From positions 1 through 37,995 of the IMG/VR virus record IMGVR_UViG_3300048080_000252: DNA of 37,995 bases, one strand, 5' to 3'. The notes beneath the pieces are model-generated. The model was given only the letters and a program-made list of their open reading frames with translations, did not search any database and had not been told where the DNA came from. This DNA comes from a virus. The translations under genes were made by a program, and so were the position numbers. Below are positions 28,527 to 35,945 of this stretch, one piece after another; position 1 is the first letter of the stretch, and each line of letters starts with the position of its first letter.

Positions 28527-29485
28527 GGGTGAGCGCCTCCGGGTTGGTGTTGGGCTTCCAGCGTGGCCACGCGTTCCTCAAGCGGCACGGGCAGCGGGGC
28601 GGGCGGCGGCGTTTCCGGGGAAACAAGCTGCAGGTTGGCGATATAGGTGGCCAGCTCCGGCAGCCGATAGAGCGTCTTGTCCAGCGACCAGAAGTTGATC
28701 CCCACCAGGCGCGTCCCGAGGTTCTGCCTCAGCCACTCCACCATGAGCGAGACGCCCTCCACCGAGGGCTTCCAGCCTGGTGCTGCCTCGTAGCCTGTTC
28801 CGATGAATGCTGGCAGGGTGGGGAACCAGGGGATATCCGGCCGGCCGACGCGCTGGGCAATCACCTCGTGGCTCTGCACGTCCCGCGCCACCTGCGCCAG
28901 GTAACGGCTGGGATTGGTCTCACCGATCGGATACAGCTGATGGGCCAGGCCGTCGATGATGTAGAGGCCTGTGGGGCGCCCAGGCTCATCGCCCGGCGCT
29001 TCGACGCGGTACTTGAGCCACTTCTCCCACTGCATCCAGGAATTGCCGGGCGCGTAGCGGTAGGACTGGAGGTAGACCTTGCAGGGCAGCCGCCCGAGCG
29101 CCCTCAGGAACGGCCCCAGGTTGGCGATGTGCTTTTGCGCTATGTCGCCCTCGACGTCGAGAAAGACATAGGGCGGGTTGTAGTACGGGACGATCGTGCC
29201 CCTGAGCAGCCGCGCTTCGGCCTCCCACAGCCTGAGGTAGATCGGGCCCCAGACGTCCACAGGAATCGGCGCCGGCAGGGCTTTCAGTGCGCGCTCGAGA
29301 TCCCGATAGGTCCGTCCCTTCCACACAACCTTGGTCTGCAGCTTCCCGCCATACTCGAACGGGCCTTCGATGGCGCGGAGGGCAACCCGATCGGGCCTGA
29401 GTGCGACGATCTCCTGGATGGTCTGCTCGAACGACCATCGGGTGCCGGTCCAGTTCCAGGGCCAGGTAAGGCTAAGGCTTTTCAT
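28523..29485 (-). CDS. Putative endolysin (TIM-barrel/GH25-like glycoside hydrolase; tentative)
   Basis: 320 aa. It sits directly upstream of, and coupled to, the XhlA-like and holin genes. ..VFLDVEGD.., ..KVYLQSYRY.. and ..GINFWSLD.. loosely resemble GH25 motifs. GGAGGAGG RBS upstream. Confidence 0.4.
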   Translation of the reverse strand: MKSLSLTWPWNWTGTRWSFEQTIQEIVALRPDRVALRAIEGPFEYGGKLQTKVVWKGRTYRDLERALKALPAPIPVDVWGPIYLRLWEAEARLLRGTIVPYYNPPYVFLDVEGDIAQKHIANLGPFLRALGRLPCKVYLQSYRYAPGNSWMQWEKWLKYRVEAPGDEPGRPTGLYIIDGLAHQLYPIGETNPSRYLAQVARDVQSHEVIAQRVGRPDIPWFPTLPAFIGTGYEAAPGWKPSVEGVSLMVEWLRQNLGTRLVGINFWSLDKTLYRLPELATYIANLQLVSPETPPPAPLPVPLEERVATLEAQHQPGGAHP

Positions 29486-29521
29486 TTGCAGTCGACACCG
29501 CCTCCTCCGTTCATCGAAACC

Positions 29522-32500
29522 TCACTGCCCGGTCATCGCCCGGTTGCCGGTGCCGCTGCCGGCCACGGCGGCGAACAGACCCAAGGCGGGAGACCAAGCG
29601 ATGCCATCCCAGCTGTTGTCGGCCGGGCTCGCGCGGATCGTCCAGTTGATCCCGTCGGGGGAGATCATCGACCGGTTGCCGACGCCGCTGTAGGCCACGG
29701 CCGCAAACAGGCCCAGCTCGGGCGACCAGGCGATGCCATCCCAACTGTTGTCGGCGGCGCTGGTACGGATCGTCCAGTTGATCCCGTCGGGCGAGGTCAT
29801 CACCCGGTTGCCCACGCCCGTTTCGGCCACGGCGGCGAACAGACCCAAGGCGGGCGACCAAGCGATGCCATTCCATCTGTTGTCGGCCGCGCTGGTGCGG
29901 ATCGTCCAGTTGATCCCGTCGGGCGAGGTCATCACCCGGTTGCCCACGCCGCTGTAGGCCACGGCGGCGAACAGACCCAACGCGGGCGACCAGGCGATGC
30001 CCGCCCAACTGTTGTCGGCCGCGCTGGTGCGGATCGTCCAGTTGATCCCGTCGGGCGAGGTCATCACCCGGTTGCCGACGCCGCTGGCGGCCACGGCGGC
30101 GAACAGACCCAAGGCGGGAGACCAAGCGATGGCGTGCCAGAAGTTGTCGGCGGCGCTGGTACGGATCGTCCAGTTGATCCCGTCGGGCGAGGTCATCACC
30201 CGGTTGCCCACGCCGCTGCCGGCCACGGCGGCGAACAGACCCAAGGCGGGAGACCAAGCGATGGCGAGCCAGAAGTTGTCGGCGGCGCTGGTACGGATCG
30301 TCCAGTTGATCCCGTCGGGCGAGGTCATCACCCGGTTGCCGACGCCGCTCTTGGCCACGGCGGCGAACAGACCCAAGGCGGGCGACCAGGCGATGTCCGC
30401 CCAGCCGTTGTCGGCCGCGCTGGTGCGGATCGTCCAGTCTAATTTAGCAAAGGCGAACTCGCTCCGCCACGTCGTTCGCACGAGCATCCCGGCACGGTCA
30501 AGCCACTCGTGCTCGACCATCCCCAGGCGGCCGTAGTCGTCGATGCCGTAGTCCGGAAGCCGGAGACGGATCCTATCCAGCAGGTCGGCGGCAAATTGGA
30601 GGTCCGGCCGGCCGACTACACTCACCAATGGATACAGATGCTGGCCGGAGAGGAGGCTCGCCAGCAGGGCGGCGATCTCCTGGCCCTTGGCCGTGTTCTG
30701 CTGCCAGGGCAGGTCGTGCTCGAAGACGCTTCTCACATTGGCGGCCGCCGTGGCCTCGAGGATCGTGGGATTGGGCTCTGCCAACGCATCGCCGCGGACC
30801 TTGAGCAGCGTGATGTATCCGTTTACGCCCCCGGTGTTCGACACCACGAGCTTCACCGTCAGGCCGAAGACCGTCGCCACTACGGTGAAGTTTCCCGTTA
30901 GATTCGTCCCGCTGCCATCCGAGGCCGAGTTCATCAGGTAGTCCGTCGTGGCTACCGGCGTCAGCACGCCGAGCGCGGGGACTTCCTGGTTGTTGTAGGA
31001 AAACGGCGCGAAGAGAGTCAGCGACTCGCCGGCGGGGACGAAGGGCGTGTCCTGCAACCGCCACAGCTCGCCGGTCGCCTGGCGCACACGGGGATGGACG
31101 ATGACTTTGGCCTTGCCCCGCACGATCTCCCACGGCTGGGGCAGGCCGACCTCCCGCTGCACGTCCGCCTGATAGACAGTTAGAACGACGTCGTCAGAGG
31201 CATACCGGCCGCGGAACTTCGCCTTGCCGTCGGCGGCGATGGTGAACAGGCCGAGCTCGCTCTCCGCCAGGTCCTGGATCTCCTGGTCCGCCTGGCGGCG
31301 GTCCGCCCACCAGTAGCGGATCGTGTCGGCCGAGCCGATCAGGTCACGGCCCCACAGCGCCGGCCAGGAGACGTCGTCGAGCACCAGCCCGATCGCCGTC
31401 CCCGTGGCGATGTTCTCCTTGACGGCGATGCTGGTGGAGCGCTCCTTGAGCCAGGCCCATCCGTCCTCGAGGACGATCTGCACACGGGGATTCAGCACGT
31501 CGCCCGAAGGGCGGAGATCGGCGATGCGTCCGGCGAAGACGGGATGCGTGACAAGGCCGTCGTGGACCCGGATCCTGGCAAAATGCCCGGGCTTGACATT
31601 GGGATAGAGTGGCGAGGCCACGTTGTAGGCGTTGTAGCGACCCTGCGGGTTGTTGAGGACCGCCGTCGCCGTCCCCACGGAGAACCGCTCGAAGCCGTCG
31701 CCGCCGGGCTTGATGAAGAAATCGCGGCCGCGCCGGCCCTTGAGGTCCACGAGGTTCTGTGCTTCGTCTGCATCAGGAACCGTCACCGAGGTCATCGCCC
31801 GGTTTCCGGTGCCGCTCTGCGCCACGGCCGCGAACAGGCCCAGTGCAGGCGACCAGGCGATGCCGAGCCACTGGTTGTCGGCAGCGCTGGTGCGGATCGT
31901 CCAGTTGATCCCGTCCGGCGAAGTCATCGCCCGGTTGCCGGTGCCGGTGAGGGCCACCGCCCCGAACAGGCCCAGCTCAGGGGACCAGGCGATGCCGTAC
32001 CAATCATTGTCGGCCGGAGTGGTGCGGATCGTCCAGTTGATCCCGTCAGGCGAAGTCATTGCCTGGTTGCCCACGCCGGTACGTGCCACGGCTACGAATA
32101 GGCCCAGTTCCGTAGACCAGGCGATGGCGTTCCAGTTGTTGTCAGCCGGAGTGGTGCGAATCGTCCAGTTGATCCCGTCGGGCGAGGTCATCGCCCGGTT
32201 GCCGGCGCCGCTCTGGGCCACGGCCGCGAACAGGCCGAGCTGCGGCGACCAGGCGATGCCACTCCAGTTGTTGTCGGCCGGAGTGGTGCGGATCGTCCAG
32301 TTGATCCCGTCGGGCGAGGTCATCGCCCGGTTCCCCACGCCGGTTACCTGTGCCACGGCTACGAATAGGCCCAGTTCCGTAGACCAGGCGATGGCGTTCC
32401 AGTTGTTGTCAGCCGGAGTGGTGCGAATCGTCCAGTTGATCCCGTCGGGCGAGGTCATCGCCCGGTTGCCGGCGCCGCTCTGGGCCACGGCCGCGAACAG

Positions 32501-33682
32501 GCCGAGCTGCGGCGACCAGGCGATGCCACTCCAGTTGTTGTCGGCCGGAGTGGTGCGAATCGTCCAGTTGATCCCATCCGGCGAGGTCATCGCCCGGTTT
32601 CCGGTGCCGCTCTGCGCCACGGCCGCGAACAGGCCCAGCGAAGGTGACCAGGCGATGGCGACCCACAAGTTGTCGGCGGAGGTCATGACCCGGTTGCCGA
32701 TCCCACTCCAGGCCACGGCTGCGAACAGGCCCAGCTGCGGCGACCAGGCGATGCTGTACCAGTTGTTGTCGGCCGGGGTGGTGCGGATCGTCCAGGTGAT
32801 CCCGTTGGGCGAGGTCATCACCCGATTGCTGACGCCGCTGTAGGCGACAGCCGCGAACAGCCCGAGCTCAGGCGACCAGGCGATGCTGTACCAGTTGTTG
32901 TCGGCCGGAGTGGTGCGAATCGTCCAGTTGATCCCGTCGGGCGACGTCATCACCCGATTGCCGGTCCCGCTGTTGGCCACGGCCGCGAACAGACCCAACG
33001 CCGGCGACCAGGCGAGGCCATACCACTGGTTGTCGGCCGGGGTGGTGCGGATCGTCCAGTTGATCCCGTCGGGCGAGGTCATCGCTCGATTGCCGGTCCC
33101 GCTGTTGGCCACGGCCGCGAACAGACCCAACGCCGGCGACCAGGCGATACCCTGCCAGTTGTTGTCGGCAGCGCTGGTACGGAGCGTCCAGTTGATCCCG
33201 TCGGGCGAGGTCATCACCCGGTTGCCCACCCCGCTAGAAGCCACAGCCACAAACAGGCCGAGAGCAGGCGACCAGGTGATGCCATACCAACTGTTAAGGC
33301 CGGGCGTGGTGCGGATCGTCCAGTTGATCCCGTCAGGCGAGGTCATCGCTCGATTGCCGGTCCCGCTGTTGGCCACGGCCGCGAACAGACCCAACGCCGG
33401 CGACCAGGCGATGGCGAACCAGCTGTTGTCGACGGGGGTGGTACGGAGCGTCCAGTTGATCCCGTCGGGCGAGGTCATCACCCGGTTGCCCACCCCGCTA
33501 AAGGCCACGGCCGCGAACAGACCGAGCTCAGGCGACCAGGCGATCCCCAGCCAATTGTTGTCCGGGGTGGTGCGGAGCGTCCAGGTAGGCGGCGAGGAGC
33601 GCAGCATCCAGGTCAATTTGTCAAACGCGCCATCGTCATCCCAGTCGACCTGGAATTCCCAGCGCAGAGCCGGTAGCGTCAT
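29522..33682 (-). CDS. Dit-like distal tail protein (1386 aa) carrying three 7-unit propeller-like cassettes
   Basis: The ATG overlaps the tape-measure stop (ATGA). The non-repeat parts are residues 1-23 (..RWEFQVDWDDDGAF..) and 633-1082 (..GRRGRDFFIKPG..ATAVLNNPQGRYNAYN..YITLLKVRGDAL..MVEHEWLD..). Repeats occupy residues 24-632 (14 units) and 1083-1386 (7 units). Confidence 0.8.
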   Translation of the reverse strand: MTLPALRWEFQVDWDDDGAFDKLTWMLRSSPPTWTLRTTPDNNWLGIAWSPELGLFAAVAFSGVGNRVMTSPDGINWTLRTTPVDNSWFAIAWSPALGLFAAVANSGTGNRAMTSPDGINWTIRTTPGLNSWYGITWSPALGLFVAVASSGVGNRVMTSPDGINWTLRTSAADNNWQGIAWSPALGLFAAVANSGTGNRAMTSPDGINWTIRTTPADNQWYGLAWSPALGLFAAVANSGTGNRVMTSPDGINWTIRTTPADNNWYSIAWSPELGLFAAVAYSGVSNRVMTSPNGITWTIRTTPADNNWYSIAWSPQLGLFAAVAWSGIGNRVMTSADNLWVAIAWSPSLGLFAAVAQSGTGNRAMTSPDGINWTIRTTPADNNWSGIAWSPQLGLFAAVAQSGAGNRAMTSPDGINWTIRTTPADNNWNAIAWSTELGLFVAVAQVTGVGNRAMTSPDGINWTIRTTPADNNWSGIAWSPQLGLFAAVAQSGAGNRAMTSPDGINWTIRTTPADNNWNAIAWSTELGLFVAVARTGVGNQAMTSPDGINWTIRTTPADNDWYGIAWSPELGLFGAVALTGTGNRAMTSPDGINWTIRTSAADNQWLGIAWSPALGLFAAVAQSGTGNRAMTSVTVPDADEAQNLVDLKGRRGRDFFIKPGGDGFERFSVGTATAVLNNPQGRYNAYNVASPLYPNVKPGHFARIRVHDGLVTHPVFAGRIADLRPSGDVLNPRVQIVLEDGWAWLKERSTSIAVKENIATGTAIGLVLDDVSWPALWGRDLIGSADTIRYWWADRRQADQEIQDLAESELGLFTIAADGKAKFRGRYASDDVVLTVYQADVQREVGLPQPWEIVRGKAKVIVHPRVRQATGELWRLQDTPFVPAGESLTLFAPFSYNNQEVPALGVLTPVATTDYLMNSASDGSGTNLTGNFTVVATVFGLTVKLVVSNTGGVNGYITLLKVRGDALAEPNPTILEATAAANVRSVFEHDLPWQQNTAKGQEIAALLASLLSGQHLYPLVSVVGRPDLQFAADLLDRIRLRLPDYGIDDYGRLGMVEHEWLDRAGMLVRTTWRSEFAFAKLDWTIRTSAADNGWADIAWSPALGLFAAVAKSGVGNRVMTSPDGINWTIRTSAADNFWLAIAWSPALGLFAAVAGSGVGNRVMTSPDGINWTIRTSAADNFWHAIAWSPALGLFAAVAASGVGNRVMTSPDGINWTIRTSAADNSWAGIAWSPALGLFAAVAYSGVGNRVMTSPDGINWTIRTSAADNRWNGIAWSPALGLFAAVAETGVGNRVMTSPDGINWTIRTSAADNSWDGIAWSPELGLFAAVAYSGVGNRSMISPDGINWTIRASPADNSWDGIAWSPALGLFAAVAGSGTGNRAMTGQ
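29525..30436 (-). repeat. 132-nt coding repeat array, Dit C-terminal cassette (7 units)
   Basis: WTIRTSAADNxWxxIAWSPALGLFAAVAxSGVGNRVMTSPDGIN occurs seven times. The last unit is truncated at ..GNRAMTGQ*. Confidence 0.9.
31787..33613 (-). repeat. 132-nt coding repeat array, Dit N-terminal insertion (14 units = 7+7)
   Basis: Units WT(I/L)RTTPADNxW...GNR(A/V)MTSPDGIN. An internal junction ..GNRVMTS|ADNLW.. lacks 12 aa exactly between units 7 and 8. The array ends ..GNRAMTS|VTVPD. Confidence 0.9.
32083..32599 (-). repeat. 267-nt higher-order (two-unit) duplication inside the N-terminal array
   Basis: 32083-32332 and 32350-32599 differ at 3 of 250 positions by direct alignment. Confidence 0.9.
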
Positions 33683-35592
33683 CGGCTCACCCCGAAGGCC
33701 TTGCGCACGGCTGCCTCGATGTAGGGCGCCAGACGCGTCTCGGCCTCGTAGCGATCGGCCAGGGAGACGAGCGGCGAATACTGCAGGCTGACTTGCACGG
33801 AGGTCCCGCCGCCGAAGCCGCGGGTGGGTACGCCAGCGCCCACGCCGACTGCCGCCAGGGACGGAAGCCCCGGCATGGCCAGGCCTACGCTCAGGGCGGG
33901 CAGCCCTCCCTCGAGCGCCCGCAGCTGCCCGACAATCCCGCGCAGCCCGAGCTCGAATGGCGTCGGACTTCCAGGGGTCAACCAGCTCGGCAGCTTGACG
34001 TTACGGACCGCGTTCGCGAAGGCATTGAGCTTGTCGACGACGCGCTGGATCAGGTCGCGGATCGTATTGAACGGTCCCAGGAGCGGCACCAGCACGTGAT
34101 CCTTCAACCACTGGAGGGCCGGACCGATGACAGTCATCACGACGCCGGCGACGCGCTGGAGAATCGGCAGGATGTTCTCCACGAGGAAGCTCCAGACCTT
34201 CTGGAGCGCCGGCCATAGGACGTTCGTCCACAGGCCGGCCAGGATGCGCAGGGCCAGCCCGAGGACGGCGCCCACGACGTCGGCCACGGCTCGGATCACC
34301 GGCATGATGACGTTGCGGAAAATCTCAGCCATTTGATTCAGGAAGGGCTTGATCTTCCCCTCCCAGATCGCCGTCAGGACATCGCGGATCCCGCCCCAGT
34401 TGTTTTTCCAGGCCGCCGCGAAGAGGGCGATGATCGCGACGATGGCCAGGATGGCCAGCCCCACAGGCCCGGTCAACACGCCGGCGACGGCGCCCAGGAC
34501 AGGCAGCAGTGTCCCGATGGCGCCCACGATGGAGCCGATCACGATCAGCAGCGGCCCGGCGGCCGCAGCAATGCCCAGGATGGTCAGGATGGTCTTGCGC
34601 TGCGCGGGATCCAGCGCCGTGAACTTCTCTATGAGGCCTTGAAGCCAGACGACCAGTTCCTTGGCGATGGGGAGCAAGTCCGTGCCAATGGCGCCCGCCG
34701 CGTCGACCAGCTGTGCCTTGAGGGTGCGCTGTGAGTTGGCCAGGCTGTCGCTCGTCCGGATGAAGTCGCCCTGCGCGTTCGTCGTCTGCTCCATGATCAG
34801 GGCGTAGGCCGCCTGCGCCCGCTGCGCCGGCGTGAGCGCCTCCTGAGCGCCCAGGGTCGCCTCGTTGAGACGCTCCTGGATCTCGGCCAGCTTCTGGGCC
34901 GAATCGCGGGCCTGAATGCTTCCCTCGCCCCACTTGGCGATGGCTTCCGTGTCGGCGATCTGCGCCTTTTCCAGGTCGAGGGTGAGCCCTTGCACGGCGG
35001 TCATGTCAACGCTCAGGTCGACCAGGCCGAGCTCCATCGCCTTGGCAGCGATCGTCGCCGCGTTGAGGTTCACGCCCAAGCGGCGCAGCGGCTCGACCTC
35101 GCCCACCAGCCCGGCGCGCAGCGCCATCGTCGCCTCGGTCGGGTCGATGTTGTTGAACGAGGCCAGGTCGGTGGCCAGCGTCACCAGACCGGTAGACATG
35201 TCGGCCGCGGCTTTCGGCCCCATCTCCATCGACGTGAACAGGTTGCCGAACGTGCCGGCCGCGTCGAGAGCCTGCTGCCGCGACTGGCCGAGCGACGTCG
35301 CCGCCGTGTCGGCCCAGGCCTGGACCTCTGCCGCGCTCTCGCCAAAGACGACGTTGACCTTGTTGACCGTCTCCTCGAGGTCGCTTGCGGCCTTCACCGC
35401 CGCCACGCCGGCGCCGATGATCGGCAGCGTCAGGCCCATTGTCATGCCACGCCCGACCGAGGTCATCCCGGCGCCGATCGTCTGCATCCGGCGCCCGACG
35501 TCCTGGAGCCTTTCAACGCTCGAGCGCAGGTCCGCGTCGAAGCGGGACGCATCCAGAAGCAGGCTGACGATCAGGCTGCTCAGCGTTGCCAT
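33679..35592 (-). CDS. Tail tape measure protein
   Basis: 637 aa. The N-terminal region (..VERLQDVGRRMQTIGAGMTSVGRGMTMGLTLPIIGAGVAAVKAASDLEE..FGNLF..LASFNN..) is of the TP901-type TMP core, followed by a long hydrophobic/Gly-Ala-rich middle. The gene follows the G/GT genes. Confidence 0.85.
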   Translation of the reverse strand: MATLSSLIVSLLLDASRFDADLRSSVERLQDVGRRMQTIGAGMTSVGRGMTMGLTLPIIGAGVAAVKAASDLEETVNKVNVVFGESAAEVQAWADTAATSLGQSRQQALDAAGTFGNLFTSMEMGPKAAADMSTGLVTLATDLASFNNIDPTEATMALRAGLVGEVEPLRRLGVNLNAATIAAKAMELGLVDLSVDMTAVQGLTLDLEKAQIADTEAIAKWGEGSIQARDSAQKLAEIQERLNEATLGAQEALTPAQRAQAAYALIMEQTTNAQGDFIRTSDSLANSQRTLKAQLVDAAGAIGTDLLPIAKELVVWLQGLIEKFTALDPAQRKTILTILGIAAAAGPLLIVIGSIVGAIGTLLPVLGAVAGVLTGPVGLAILAIVAIIALFAAAWKNNWGGIRDVLTAIWEGKIKPFLNQMAEIFRNVIMPVIRAVADVVGAVLGLALRILAGLWTNVLWPALQKVWSFLVENILPILQRVAGVVMTVIGPALQWLKDHVLVPLLGPFNTIRDLIQRVVDKLNAFANAVRNVKLPSWLTPGSPTPFELGLRGIVGQLRALEGGLPALSVGLAMPGLPSLAAVGVGAGVPTRGFGGGTSVQVSLQYSPLVSLADRYEAETRLAPYIEAAVRKAFGVSR

Positions 35593-35945
35593 CAGCGCTT
35601 CTTCCCTCGCAGGTCGCGGCCGCCCAGGGCGGCGTTGAACAGCTCAACCATGTGCAGTATCGACTCGACGCCCTTCGGCCTCTTGGGCCCGTCGAAGCGC
35701 GGCATGAAATCCAGCGGCCGGAACGGCTTGCGCCGGCGCTTGGCATCCCGGTGGGCGTTGGCCACAGTCGAGGCCACGATCCCTGAACGCAGGTCGGCTC
35801 GCTCCTCGCCGAACGGCTCCATCTCGTAGTACGCCATCCACTCGGCGAACTCCCGGCTCGATATCCGCCGCTGCAGCTCGCCGACGGGGATCCCCAGCGC
35901 CAGGGCTAGCCGGAACCAGAACCGTCGCTCCGGCCGCCCTCGGAG
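35592..35945 (-). CDS. -1 frame extension (gpT-like part) of the tail assembly chaperone G-T fusion
   Basis: The -1 frame is open from the slippery site to the stop at 35592-94: LRGRPERRFWFRLALALGIPVGELQRRISSREFAEWMAYYEMEPFGEERADL... This is the typical gpT-type sequence. The predicted fusion is 117+117 aa. Confidence 0.75.
   Translation of the reverse strand, partial: LRGRPERRFWFRLALALGIPVGELQRRISSREFAEWMAYYEMEPFGEERADLRSGIVASTVANAHRDAKRRRKPFRPLDFMPRFDGPKRPKGVESILHMVELFNAALGGRDLRGKKR

Noticed and set aside
28478-30442. 654-aa plus-strand ORF, and the 248-aa minus-strand alternative frame 29511..30257, over the endolysin and Dit C-terminal region
   Set aside because: They are Arg/Gly/Pro-rich, low-complexity translations typical of off-frame reading in high-GC repeats. 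They lie opposite to, or out of frame with, well-supported genes and have no RBS or coupling.
29525-33613. Whether the regularly spaced 132-nt repeats form a CRISPR array
   Set aside because: There is no repeat-spacer organisation. The units are contiguous, in frame, degenerate at codon level and encode a conserved protein motif. No cas genes are present.
29525-33613. Whether a diversity-generating retroelement (TR/VR pair) explains the variable positions
   Set aside because: No reverse transcriptase or Avd-like gene exists anywhere in the genome. Differences between units are not limited to adenine-templated positions.
31650-33791. Plus-strand ORFs 31650..32843 (397 aa) and 32883..33791 (302 aa)
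   Set aside because: They are antisense to the Dit N-terminal repeat array, showing the same LLSAGVVRIVQLIPSGEVI artefact as at the left edge.
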